Below, piece after piece: positions 37,850 to 47,873 of a DNA stretch of 64,000 nucleotides. The first letter of the stretch is position 1. Each line of letters opens with the position of its first letter. The DNA comes from an uncultured delta proteobacterium (GTDB lineage: Bacteria; Desulfobacterota; BSN033; UBA1163). A model generated the notes under the pieces. The model saw nothing but the letters and a program-made list of their open reading frames with translations. It searched no databases and had not been told where the DNA came from. The stretch spans positions 32,001-96,000 of the forward strand of contig CAVPSJ010000014.1 in NCBI GenBank assembly GCA_963708295.1, given 5' to 3'. Position numbers and translations under genes: made by a program.

Positions 37850-38085
37850 ATTTTAGTAGATTGCAAAAAGTTGAGAACCCCGCCCACAGGGCGGGGCTTT
37901 AAAACCTAAATTCTTGACCAAAAATGAGATCCCGAAACAAGTTCGGGATGACAACAAGAGGGGAACCCAATCGTCATGTCATGCTGAACTTGTTTCAGCA
38001 TCTGGTTTGTTTTTTTTCTGCCTTCAGCAGACGCACCTTTCATCTCCGTCTATAGGAAGTGGTTTTCAGGCGCAATCTTAATAAA
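37850..38085. mobile_element. Composite MITE-like element with nested palindromes
   Basis: Ends TTTAGTAGATTGC / GCAATCTTAATAAA. Internal hairpins CCCCGCCCACAGGGCGGGG, ATCCCGAAACAAGTTCGGGAT and ATGCTGAACTTGTTTCAGCAT. Confidence 0.55.
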
Positions 38086-38128
38086 TTTGTTTGGGGTATT
38101 AGGGGGTTGCTGAAAAAGTGATTATTTC

Positions 38129-38312
38129 TCAGGCTGCTCAAAAATGCCTAGATGCAAGGCTCCCGAGATCCTGAGAGTGTCGTCACGACGAATAAGGAGT
38201 GACTTCTTGCCACGCCGACGAGTTGGTGAGTCGGCTAGAGGCGTACCTGAACGTACGCCGTAATAACGAAGGATGAGGGAAACGAACCAGATGGACGTTT
38301 TTCAGCAGCCTG
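38129..38312. mobile_element. GCTGCTGAAAAA-type MITE (copy 2, reverse orientation, with ~58-bp insert)
   Basis: CAGGCTGCTCAAAAA / TTTTTCAGCAGCCTG TIRs; aligns with 25313-25441. Confidence 0.75.
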
Positions 38313-38326
38313 TTAGATTTTGAGAA

Positions 38327-39553
38327 TTACTTGCGGTTGATCCTATTCGATCTGATCATTGCATCCAGGACATCGACCGCTCTCCGGGCAAAGGCAGGGT
38401 CACTGATATGAACATCCATCTCCTCAAGAGGGATGTGTGGCTGGAGGAGATTTTTTAGTTCTTCAACAAACACACGGTCTATCTTCGGATCAAAGAGCGC
38501 CATTCCCTCCTTATCCGCTTCGGACCAACCCTTCTTAGGAATGAGGATGTGAATGGGGCCTTTTGAACGGTTTAACTTTTCACCGATGATTTGGGCAAAG
38601 GCCTTCATTTCTTCAGGTTCCATACGGACACAGAATCGGGTATCATGGGAATGTATCCTTCTCCCTTGAAGCTGGTGGGGCATCGGATAAGAGGGACTGA
38701 AGACGGCATTGTCCAGCCCTCCGGGTGCCACCACGAGCGGAATTCCAAAGCGGCCTGCGGTTTCTAAGCGCATCGGGCCGATGCCCTTGCAGTATCCCCC
38801 GAACATCTCATCGGCTATCTCGTGGGTCGTGAAATCGAGGATACCCGCAACCAATCCTTCAGCAATAAACTCCTCCATGGCCATCCCACCGACTCCGTTG
38901 GCGTGGAAACCGATCATCTCGTATCCCTTTTCCTGAAGCAGTGGCTCTGCATAGGTGGCGCAGTATGAATTAATGCCGTACGCGGTCACCGCGACCATGG
39001 GTTTTTCTTTATTCATTTTTCTGCCTTTCTCGATCATTCCGGAGATGGCAGAGGCGACCTGTCCGAGGATGAGGCGCATGAATTCATTCAACCCCAGGAT
39101 ATCTGCTACGGAGTGGAACATGACAATATCTTTTGTTCCAATATATTCTCGCATATCTCGGGAGGCCACCGTGGAGAGCATGACCTTGGGTAGACCTAAA
39201 GGAAGGGATCGCATCATATGGGTAGCAACCGCTGTTCCCGTACCCCCTCCAATCCCCAAGACCCCGTCCAGTTTTTCGTCTTCTAAGAGGCGCTTCGTTA
39301 AGATTGTTCCGCCCTCCTGAATGGCTTTGATAGCCATGGAGCGATCCTTCTCTCTGATTAGATCCTCGAGATGATAACCCGCAGCCTCCAGCACCTCGGT
39401 TCGATGGATATCCGGAGGGGTCAACGGCTCTCCCAGGATTCCAACATCCATCAAGATAGGCTGTATACCGAGTTTTTGGACGCAGCCCTTGATATAAGCC
39501 GCTTCTCTCCCTTTGGTATCTAACGTGGCGATGATGAGAAGATGTTTTTTCAT
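38327..39553 (-). CDS. Tm-1-like ATP-binding domain protein (UPF0261)
   Basis: ATLDTKGREA, GIGGGTGT, LPLGLPKVMLSTVAS, FHANGVGG, DFTTHEIADE. Confidence 0.92.
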   Translation of the reverse strand: MKKHLLIIATLDTKGREAAYIKGCVQKLGIQPILMDVGILGEPLTPPDIHRTEVLEAAGYHLEDLIREKDRSMAIKAIQEGGTILTKRLLEDEKLDGVLGIGGGTGTAVATHMMRSLPLGLPKVMLSTVASRDMREYIGTKDIVMFHSVADILGLNEFMRLILGQVASAISGMIEKGRKMNKEKPMVAVTAYGINSYCATYAEPLLQEKGYEMIGFHANGVGGMAMEEFIAEGLVAGILDFTTHEIADEMFGGYCKGIGPMRLETAGRFGIPLVVAPGGLDNAVFSPSYPMPHQLQGRRIHSHDTRFCVRMEPEEMKAFAQIIGEKLNRSKGPIHILIPKKGWSEADKEGMALFDPKIDRVFVEELKNLLQPHIPLEEMDVHISDPAFARRAVDVLDAMIRSNRINRK

Positions 39554-39691
39554 TACTTGTTCCGTTCTTGGTTTGGGGTCTCTTTCTATGAAGATGGTAT
39601 TGATGATCCTCCTCGTGGAGGGGATGGGAGAAACGATTTAAAGAAAATAGAATATCATAGAAGAAGCCCACCTCATCGGGCGGGGCTTCGT

Positions 39692-40765
39692 TCAAATCTT
39701 CACTTTTGTAGGGGTAAAAGCTTTTTCAAACAATAATTCCAAACCAGTCTTTTTCCCAAGCACCGATTCCTTCTTCTTTTTACCCCAAACACTCTCAGGA
39801 CGAGCCTGAACGAGAAAGATGTTTTCAGGGAACGGAAGGCTTCTTGAGATACTATATTCTATATCTTGTGTGCACCCAAAGTGGGTCTCCACTTTTTTTG
39901 AAATCTTTGTAAGTTCTAGGATCTCCCTGTCTTCAAGGCATGGGGCTTTCCTCTTGTCGGCCGGCAGTTCCTTATACTCCATTTCCTTGGTCTTAGGGTT
40001 ATAGGCATATTCACTCCCCTTATCAGAGATCACCCTTTCCTCTATTTCGAGTGTCACCTTATCAACCAAATATCGATCGGGGGTTACGTTCCCCGAAACA
40101 ACCGCTTCGCCAAGGCCGAAACTCCCCTCAATGACCACTTTTGACTCATCCCCATTCACTGGATTCACTGTAAACATCACGCCGGCAGCCTTTGCATCCA
40201 CCATGGTTAATACCGCCACGCCAATCGGGTCATAATGCAAAGGGAGGCCCAATTTTCCCCTTGCAATCATAGAGCGGGTATTAAAAGTACTTGACCAGAC
40301 TCTTGTTACATTTTTAACGACATCCTCTGATCCGCTCACATTAAGATATGTCTCATATTGACCGGGATGGCTTACAGGGCCAGCCGAACGAGTAGCCACA
40401 TAGATGTTTTCACGTCCCGCGATCCTGCACAGCTCCAAATAATACTCCTTTACCGTCTTCTCCATATCGGAGGGCATCTTTATCGATTCAACCATTTCCC
40501 TTATGTCTTGAGACGCCTTGTCATACTTTAACGTATCAGAGACATTATTTGGATCTGCCTTGAAGTTCTCTAAATACTTTAACAAGCGTTCCGTGGCTTC
40601 AGTTTCATTCATAAATCTCTTGTATGCTTCCACACTGAGAGCATAGCCAGACGGTACATTAAACCCTCCCTTCATCATCTCTCCGAGGTTTGCGCATTTC
40701 TTCCCAACGATGGTGCTGTTCTCTTGTCCGAGCTCTTTCAGCCAGTATATCCATTTCTCCGGCAT
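39692..40765 (-). CDS. ppsB: PEP/pyruvate-binding ATP-grasp protein, phenylphosphate synthase subunit B-like
   Basis: VGKKCANLGEM, RSAGPVSHPGQYETYLNV, AAGVMFT, GLGEAVVSG.VTPD, QDIEY, LVQARPE. No pyruvate TIM-barrel domain. Confidence 0.85.
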   Translation of the reverse strand: MPEKWIYWLKELGQENSTIVGKKCANLGEMMKGGFNVPSGYALSVEAYKRFMNETEATERLLKYLENFKADPNNVSDTLKYDKASQDIREMVESIKMPSDMEKTVKEYYLELCRIAGRENIYVATRSAGPVSHPGQYETYLNVSGSEDVVKNVTRVWSSTFNTRSMIARGKLGLPLHYDPIGVAVLTMVDAKAAGVMFTVNPVNGDESKVVIEGSFGLGEAVVSGNVTPDRYLVDKVTLEIEERVISDKGSEYAYNPKTKEMEYKELPADKRKAPCLEDREILELTKISKKVETHFGCTQDIEYSISRSLPFPENIFLVQARPESVWGKKKKESVLGKKTGLELLFEKAFTPTKVKI

Positions 40766-40830
40766 ATTCGTCCCTTTCGTCATTTATCACCTATTGGGGG
40801 TACAGGAATCGTACCCCCAGGTGATCAGAC

Positions 40831-42684
40831 TTATTTACCCTTTGCCCTCTTGACGATCAACACGATCCCTGTTGTTCCATCCACTTTAATGATATCGCCT
40901 GTCTTTATCACAGAGGTCGCAACTCCAGTCCCAGTTACAGAAGGCAAGCCATACTCCCTCGAAACAATGGCCGCATGGGATGTCAGTCCTCCTATATCCG
41001 TTACGGCTGCCTTGATCTTTGTAAAGACCGGCGCCCAGGATGGGTTTGTCGTGGGGGCAACCATAATCTCGCCCTCCTTTAGTGTAACAATATCTTCAAG
41101 GAGTTTGAGGACCCTTGCAGGACCTTCAGCCACTCCCGCGGATGAAGCAAACCCTTTGATTTCTGTCACATCTTTTTCAGCTCCCGTGCCTTTTATCCAT
41201 TCATCAATTTGAGCACTGGTGACACCCCAGAGCATGATGGTAAAGGGTTCGACGATCTCTTCCGGAGGGATCCCGAGCGCGGGCGGAGCCATCCATTTTC
41301 TCGCTGCGTCAAGTATCTTTTCTCTCTTCTCCGCTTTCTCCATCCAGAATTTGCTTCTTGACGGTACCCCTTCTCCCAATGCCCATGTGGTGACTAAATC
41401 TTCAAGCAGCATCGGGACTTCAAATCTATTGAAAAGAAAGATATCGTCTACCTTTTTCAATATTTTGTTATCGGCGAGCAGCTTTCCAAACTCTCTTACC
41501 TTTTTAAACCATATCGTATGCAGCCAGTGCTCAACCCAGAAAATGTGGTCTTCCGCATACCGGTATATTGTCCTTACAATACCAAACGCATCGTCAAAGG
41601 ATTTTCTATCGTCTTCCGACTTGATCAGCTTCCGATACTCCTCAACAATCCTTTCTCTCTCTTCAGAAATTGCTGTAAGGGACCTCTCTATCGTTTCCCC
41701 CTTTTCAAGTCTTTGAACATAACTCTGCATATAGGTGAAAGGCACATTCATCTTGTTTACCCAGCTTCCTTCATAATGGAACCATCCACTTCCGCAGGAT
41801 ACAGAAAACCATGGGTCTTTCACTCTCTCTAACTCCTCAAGCCATTTCCTGCCCCCTTCTGTGCTCTTCAACTCCTTGATCTTCTCCTCAGCAGGTATAT
41901 CCTTTTTAAGGGTATTGGCAACAGGCCGCTCTGCTATAGCCAATCTACTTAACCTGCAAAGCTCTTCTTCAGGACGGAACATGGCCACATCTGCGCCTGC
42001 AACCATCTTACCAATGGTACTCTCTTTTATACCTGGAAACAGCTTTCTCGCAGCATCCGCAAACATAAGATAGGCAGCGTAAGCCAAATTCAGATACTCA
42101 AAGTGCCATTGCCATGATTTAAATATCATGTTGATTAAAATATTAAACGATGCTATCACATCGTATGATTGAGTATATCCTTTCACCAATGGAATCACTT
42201 CATCATCGGGTACGTACTTTACTAATTCTTTCACAACCTCAAGCGATTCCATCTCCTTCCCAAGTGCCTGGAACTTTTGCAACCATTTTCCCCACAGCAT
42301 ATCATAGTTTTGAAAAACATAGGGTACCCTTTTCCCAAACAGTGCGGCCTTCTCTCCAATCGTCGCCTGTGATGGCGGCTCAACAGGCGTGATATACATA
42401 TAGCAGCCCAACACTCTCTGTGCGATTCCCTGTGCAGGGGGGATACAGAATACCCTCGTATTATTCTGTGAAAGCGCTATCTGCCAGGCCTCCTGGAAGA
42501 TATCATCTAACGGATACAGAGGTTCAGGGGCATGGATCTTATCCGCAAACCAGATGTGATTGTTGTCCCACTCCTCTCTGTCCTTGCTGAATAGACGCTG
42601 GGGCGCATACATCTCTTCCCAACCCTCTAATTCCCGCGGCAATTTTACTTCCGATGCGAATGGAAATCTCCTTTCCGTTGCCAT
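40831..42684 (-). CDS. ppsA: Phenylphosphate synthase subunit A-like (substrate domain plus phospho-His swivel domain)
   Basis: GWEEMY...WFAD.IHAPEPLYPLD, FYH/WQWHFEYLNL-type segment, WFSVSCGSGWFHY. C-terminal PTTNPSWAPVF..VTDIGGLTSHAAIVSREYGLP. Confidence 0.85.
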   Translation of the reverse strand: MATERRFPFASEVKLPRELEGWEEMYAPQRLFSKDREEWDNNHIWFADKIHAPEPLYPLDDIFQEAWQIALSQNNTRVFCIPPAQGIAQRVLGCYMYITPVEPPSQATIGEKAALFGKRVPYVFQNYDMLWGKWLQKFQALGKEMESLEVVKELVKYVPDDEVIPLVKGYTQSYDVIASFNILINMIFKSWQWHFEYLNLAYAAYLMFADAARKLFPGIKESTIGKMVAGADVAMFRPEEELCRLSRLAIAERPVANTLKKDIPAEEKIKELKSTEGGRKWLEELERVKDPWFSVSCGSGWFHYEGSWVNKMNVPFTYMQSYVQRLEKGETIERSLTAISEERERIVEEYRKLIKSEDDRKSFDDAFGIVRTIYRYAEDHIFWVEHWLHTIWFKKVREFGKLLADNKILKKVDDIFLFNRFEVPMLLEDLVTTWALGEGVPSRSKFWMEKAEKREKILDAARKWMAPPALGIPPEEIVEPFTIMLWGVTSAQIDEWIKGTGAEKDVTEIKGFASSAGVAEGPARVLKLLEDIVTLKEGEIMVAPTTNPSWAPVFTKIKAAVTDIGGLTSHAAIVSREYGLPSVTGTGVATSVIKTGDIIKVDGTTGIVLIVKRAKGK

Positions 42685-42829
42685 AAGAACCCCCTTTCTC
42701 TTCAAGTATTTTTTCAAACTGAGCGGTTAGAGTCTTCAACTTCCAGTCTTAAATCATCATCGCCTCTCTTCAAATCATTTCTTGGCTTTCGTACTCCACT
42801 CGTATTGCTCAAGGGAGGAAACACGTCTC

Positions 42830-43238
42830 TTTCCTTAAATGTTCCTCACCGTCGCGGGCACACATCCCTCACGAATCGGTCTCCTTGCGAGAGGACTCGT
42901 TCGGCGATTCGGATATGGGGCCACGGTTTACAGACCGTGACTGCGTGCGAGGAGGGTTACCCCTCGAAGTTCATGAGTAGCGTAGAAAGAATTCTTCGGA
43001 GTGCGCTGGTCTCCGCCCTGGAACCCCGCCTCCCAAGACATGATGTGACGGGCAAGTCTGGAGCGTAGACGACTCTCCAAAGGAAGGGGAGAGGAGCCGT
43101 GGGCCTTAGCCCATCGAGCTCTACAAATCATTTCTCAGGGTTTCGAAGGCCTTAACTTCGGATGCTCACTCAGCCTCTGAATATTCGTTCTGTTCGAAGC
43201 CGTAAGGTGTAATTTAAATTAATGCCCGAACAAGTCAA
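42830..43238 (-). ncRNA. Highly structured non-coding segment upstream of ppsA (possible IS110 left-end remnant or long leader)
   Basis: Hairpins CACGG..CCGTG, GTCTCC..GAGGAC and CGAGGAGGGTTACCCCTCG. Minus-strand TTGACT-N16-TAAATT at ~43208-43236. No credible ORF. Confidence 0.35.
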
Positions 43239-43279
43239 TTCATTTCTTTTTATGAAGTATCAGAAAAAGTTATGAGATC

Positions 43280-43979
43280 TCACGTCTTCGTAGACATTGT
43301 GGCTTCTCCCGTGAGAGAGGCGAGAAGTTCATTAAAATGGTAGATCAGTCGATCGGGTCCTGCAGAGAGAAGCTCTGCTTTTAAATTCTCTTCACCCATG
43401 ATGATGATCACTTTTACACCTGTGGCCTTTGCAGCCCGAATGTCATCCAAGCTATCCCCCACGTAAAGGGCCTTGTCTTTAATCACCTGAAGTCGGCTCA
43501 AGGCCAGACGTAGGCCTTCTCCGCTTGGCTTCATGAATTGGACATCATTTCGACTGACCACGACATTAAAAAACGGATGGAGATCCAGTTTCAGAAGGGC
43601 CTTCTCCAATGCCTTTCTTCCGACATTGCTGACCAGGCCGATTTTAATTCCCTTCGTTTTCAAGGCGGACAAGAAATTCCTCGGATCCGCTCCGGAGGTT
43701 CCAGCGCCTGAAGGCATCCTCATCGAACCGATCATAGACGGCCCCAATCTTTTCTCTCACCGTCTCAGCGGATTGTCCGATTTCTTGAGCCATCCGTATC
43801 GCTTCCAGCATTAACGTGGAATACTTCATCCCTTGAAATCGTTGGACTGGAAAACGAAGAGTGTTCAGCATCTCAAGGGCCTCTTTCACGGCCCCCTGGA
43901 GATCCCATTGGAGATCGACCAGTGTTCCTTCAAAATCGAAGAGAACGGCCTCTACATCTTTGAGAAGGATTTTGTCCAT
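43280..43979 (-). CDS. HAD-family hydrolase (phosphatase-like), one frameshift
   Basis: VLFDFEGTL (motif I variant), LVSN, KPS, YVGDSLDD across two ORF pieces. Confidence 0.85.
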
Positions 43980-44078
43980 TCCTAAGACATTTAGCAGGAG
44001 TGGGAAACTTTTTCAAATGTTTTCTATTGAATTTTCTTCGGAGGGGAGATATTCTTTTTAAAGGAGGGCTGAAAAAAC

Positions 44079-44705
44079 ATGTCACAGGTCATCGTTGCGC
44101 AGAATGTGGATGGAATTGTAATGGCATGCGAAAATCGGGCGATCCAGCTGGACGAAAAAGGAAATGAAATCTCACTGCAGATCAATCGTCTACTCCCCTT
44201 GACCCCCCATTGCGCCCTTATGATTTCAGGGTCGGCGGAGGGGAGGGATATGGGGAGCGCCTTGAAGAATTTTGTTCTGGGCGAGAAGCTGAACGATGTG
44301 CAGGAGGTTTACGGAACCGCCATCGCCTATCTTTCGACGGAGTACGAGCGGTTTATGCGAAAGAAGTGTGAACTCTTGCCCATCGATCCCATCCATCAGG
44401 TGTCCTTTATCCTGGCTGGAAAGACCGAGAAAGATCAGGGGATGCCGTTTCGTCTCTACTACCTTTGGACCAAAAAGAAACTCCCCCAGATCGACGGGGA
44501 CGAAATCTCGCGCGCTTTCTCCCTACCAAGAAGGATGGGTCTGGAGTTTCAGCTGAATAAGATGTGCAAAGAGAATGCCCCGCTGAAAGAAATCTTGAAA
44601 AAGATGACTGATGGAATGGAGCATCTGAAGAATAAGGGCGAGGTGAGCGGTCCCTTCTCTTTTGGTATGATCACCCGGGAAGGATATCAATCGCTCAATC
44701 CCTGA
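44079..44705 (+). CDS. Ntn-hydrolase / proteasome-beta-like protein
   Basis: M|SQVIVAQNVDGIVMACENR...RLLPLTPHCALMISG...VSFILAG...EVSGPFSFGMITREG follows beta-subunit topology. RBS AGGAGG. Confidence 0.55.
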   Translation: MSQVIVAQNVDGIVMACENRAIQLDEKGNEISLQINRLLPLTPHCALMISGSAEGRDMGSALKNFVLGEKLNDVQEVYGTAIAYLSTEYERFMRKKCELLPIDPIHQVSFILAGKTEKDQGMPFRLYYLWTKKKLPQIDGDEISRAFSLPRRMGLEFQLNKMCKENAPLKEILKKMTDGMEHLKNKGEVSGPFSFGMITREGYQSLNP

Positions 44706-45447
44706 AGGAAACTCTTCACATTTCTACCGAGCACAGAATGGTTGTAGCCTCCTTCGAGAACGCCGAATCGTCTTCCCTGGCAGTGTTCGAGCGAGGCCTC
44801 TTTTGCCGATTTTCCAATGGTGAAGTAGTCTTCGGTCTTAAGAAGTCCTCCCCAGTCCTCTTCGTGGCGGTCAAATCCTGCCGAGATGGCAACAATGATC
44901 GTAAGGCCTCTCGGTTTGGAAGACATCTCTGTACCTGTTCGTAAGAATTCCTCACGGCGCGTTCCTTCGGGATGGAAATAACTGACGGAGGAGAAGCCAT
45001 CGAAGGTATTGGATGTGCCGTCCCCATAATGAAGATCGAAGTCGAGGATGAGGGCACCCTTGATCTTCCCCTCACTGAGGAGTTTCTTGATGGCAATGGC
45101 AATATTGTTGAAGTAGCAGAAATCCCCAGCAGGAATGAGGACTGGCATGGTGTCCTGGAGGCCGGATCAGGCCGAAAGCGGGCTGGCCTTCAAAAGCCAT
45201 TTCCGCTGCCAGAATCGCCCCTCCGGCAGCGAGGAGTCCAATCTCATAAGACCGAGGCTCCTTCTTAACGGATTGGATGTGACTCCTTCCATGGACTCTC
45301 TCCAGATCTCTCTCTGAAGCTGGTTCCGGTTCAACGAATTCAAATTCCTTCTCCAGCATGCTTCACCATCGGCTCCATTCTCCCCGGAGCCGCCGCCGGA
45401 TCGGAGGTGTAGACTTCGTAGAATCGTGGATGAAAGATGACCTTCAT
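44687..45447 (-). CDS. Histone deacetylase / acetylpolyamine amidohydrolase family protein, frameshifted
   Basis: MKVIFHPRF, RPPGHHA, GFCYFNNIAIA, ILDFDLHYGDGT, SAGFD, LEGGY. Confidence 0.88.
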
Positions 45448-45557
45448 TGGTTTTCCTCCTTCAATCCGGTCATATTATCATACTCCTCTCATTGTTGACA
45501 ATATCTTTCAGATTGATATACGATATATACAAAATATACAATGTTGGAGGTGAGTCG

Positions 45558-45806
45558 ATGACAACTCAGATGATTATCAGAATAGACCCTGAAGTTAAGG
45601 TCAAGCTCAGTAAGCTTGCCAGGATGGAAGGGAAGACAACGAGCCAGATGGTGAGGGAACTGATAGAAGACTATACCAGAGAAAGGGATATTGGTACCTA
45701 TATTGATGACCTTTGGGATAGAATTGGAGGGAAATTGAGATCCAAAGGGGTAAGACAAAGAGATATCGATAAGGCCATCAAAGAGGTAAGAAGAAGCCGA
45801 GGATGA
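45558..45806 (+). CDS. RHH/CopG-type antitoxin
   Basis: RBS GGAGGTG. MTTQMIIRIDPEVKVKLSKLARMEGKTTSQMVRELIEDY. Overlaps the PIN gene (ATGA). Confidence 0.8.
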   Translation: MTTQMIIRIDPEVKVKLSKLARMEGKTTSQMVRELIEDYTRERDIGTYIDDLWDRIGGKLRSKGVRQRDIDKAIKEVRRSRG

Positions 45807-46226
45807 AGGTTGTTATCGATACCAATATCTTTGTTTCATCCTTTTTCGGAGGCAACCCCCGGAAGATCATTGACCTCTGGAAAAAGGGGAATATAAGCCT
45901 TTGCCTATCTAAAGATATCCTTGATGAGTATGTAGATGTTCTACAGAGAGTTGGATTAAAGGACGAAAGATGAAATTGAAGAACTTCTCTCTCTTTTTGC
46001 CAAAGGATTCAATATCCTCTTCACTACAAAGACACCAAAGATAAAGGTGGTTAAAGATGATCCTGATGATGACAAATTCATAGAGTGTGCTGTGGCCTTA
46101 AAAGCAGAAATCATCATTACTGGGGATAAGGCATTAATAGCAATGAGTGAGTACATGGGGATTAAGATATTAACCCCCCAGGAGTTCTTAAAGACCTATA
46201 AACCGCATGGAAAGAGTGATCTATGA
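45803..46226 (+). CDS. PIN-domain toxin, one frameshift near 45968
   Basis: Not in the ORF track. MKVVIDTNIFVS...DDPDDDKFIECAV..KAEIIITGDKAL...IKILTPQEFL. Confidence 0.85.
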
Positions 46227-46481
46227 GGGAGTAGGAAATATATTACGTCTAGATGACGGGACAAACGGACGAGTCTATCAGCCAGTAACTTCTTCTGACA
46301 AGTATTTTGAGTTGACGGACAATTTCAGGATAACCCTTCTTGCGGGTTACACCTACAAACACTCAGTAGCAAGTAATTTTGAAGTTGACGATTACCGAAG
46401 GAAACAAACAAGAAAGGCAGGACCATTTCTGATCCTGCCCTTTGGTTTTTGACATTCAATATTGGTTTACTTTTTAAGTCC

Positions 46482-46646
46482 CTACGTTTCTACCTGAACC
46501 AAATACAAACTATTGAGATCTGAGTTATAGCCTATAACCTCCCGTACCCAATTAAGGATGGATTCCTTTGTTATTCTTTCTGGGAGTATTCCAATAAGAT
46601 GCTCTTCCCCAGTCTCGTCATGAAAGTAAAATTCATAAGCTACCAT
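46482..46646 (-). CDS. Small hypothetical protein (54 aa)
   Basis: RBS GGAGG. MVAYEFYFHDETGEEHLIGILPERITKESILNWVREVIGYNSDLNSLYLVQVET. Confidence 0.55.
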   Translation of the reverse strand: MVAYEFYFHDETGEEHLIGILPERITKESILNWVREVIGYNSDLNSLYLVQVET

Positions 46647-47091
46647 TTTCTGTCCTCCACCTGTTCTCTCCCCAAAATGAGGATAACCCTCTCAATGGAG
46701 TTTACCAGCCGGAAAGCCCGTCTCTTACCGATTCTCTTTTTGAGCCAGTAATAGAGAGATAAGTTTTTATTAATCAGGAAACTCCTCATTCTTTTTCACC
46801 ACCTGGATTTTTAAGATAGATTTATTTTTTAAACTTCCTCCACAATCGTGCAAGACCGATTACTCCAGAACCCATAAGGAGGATTACTCTCAGTTTTTCA
46901 CCTTGTCGATACGCTTGACATCAAGTCCGCTCAAAAGATTAGACGTAGGAAAATGGAATTTATTCTGTGAACATCCCACGCACCCCAAGAAGGATATGTA
47001 TTACGATTCGGATTGAAGTAATACTCTCTTGTCCTTTGAATTACTTAACAGATGTTAAAACATTTCAATGTTATTTAATGCAAAAATATAC

Positions 47092-47119
47092 TTGACATTT
47101 GATAAAAATGTAATATAAT
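47092..47119 (+). promoter_or_regulatory. Consensus sigma70 promoter overlapping an inverted-repeat operator
   Basis: TTGACA-N16-TATAAT with ACATTT-N5-AAATGT inside the promoter. Confidence 0.75.
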
Positions 47120-47153
47120 GGTCTCAATTTATTTACTCTGCGGAGGGGTAGTG

Positions 47154-47684
47154 ATGGATTTTAAAGAGGTCGCTGTTTTGGGGGATGAGATTGTTTTGCT
47201 TGGTAGAATCGCTGCAAAGGTAGGGTTCAGGATAAAAGATAGCAATTTTGGACTAAACCGGTCGGAGATAGAGATCTGTAGGGTCATTGCAATACTATCG
47301 AGGGAGCTAGGGCGTGATAGGATTCCAATGTCTTTGGTTTTTAGAGTTTTACCAGCTCTCGAGGCGAGCGTCAGCCGAACAATCGGCTCGTTAGAATCCA
47401 AAGGATATATCAAGAAGATTTATGCCAGAGACAAAGGAGAAAAGAAGGGACGGATTTATCTCTCCTTAACGGCCAAAGGGGGAAAAACTTCTGATCTAGT
47501 TTCGAGATATTTTATAACAAAAATCGTCGATATGCTGAAGGAGGTCTTGGAACCAAGACTCCCTAAAAAAGGCGTTAATAAATCCACGCTTTCCGAAGGG
47601 GAAAAGATCTTGAAAGAACTTAGACAAGGTTTGATCGATAATATTTTAAAAACATACAAAAAGCGTAGCAAAGGGCGAAGTTAA
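47154..47684 (+). CDS. MarR-like winged-HTH regulator
   Basis: GLNRSEIEI, ASVSRTIGSLESKGYIKK...RIYLSLTAKG. The 47118 ATG lies inside the -10 box, so the start was moved. Confidence 0.75.
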   Translation: MDFKEVAVLGDEIVLLGRIAAKVGFRIKDSNFGLNRSEIEICRVIAILSRELGRDRIPMSLVFRVLPALEASVSRTIGSLESKGYIKKIYARDKGEKKGRIYLSLTAKGGKTSDLVSRYFITKIVDMLKEVLEPRLPKKGVNKSTLSEGEKILKELRQGLIDNILKTYKKRSKGRS

Positions 47685-47691
47685 ATAAAAT

Positions 47692-47834
47692 GTGACCAAG
47701 AAAAAATCAACACACTGATAATGATTAATTTTTAGCTGATTTTATTGCTGGTTTTGGCTTCGGGGTTGGTAGGGTGCCCCTGGTGGTATCATGACGGTGG
47801 CCATGGTGGCGGCCATTACGGGAGGGGAAGATGA
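47692..47834 (+). CDS. Possible tiny Gly/His-rich lipoprotein (frameshifted start)
   Basis: LLLVLASGLVG|CPWWYHDGGHGGGHYGRGR*. Confidence 0.35.
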
Positions 47835-47873
47835 GGGAGCAGTTACAATCTATTTAAAAAAGGAGACCCGAAG

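Noticed and set aside
39692-42684. Frameshift-split PEP synthase
   Set aside because: Two intact genes with their own RBS, the swivel domain at the end of the first, and no pyruvate TIM barrel. This is the phenylphosphate-synthase architecture.
42805-43131. Group II intron or small ORFs
   Set aside because: No reverse transcriptase, no recognisable domain V and no RBS-supported ORF. Kept only as a structured non-coding candidate.
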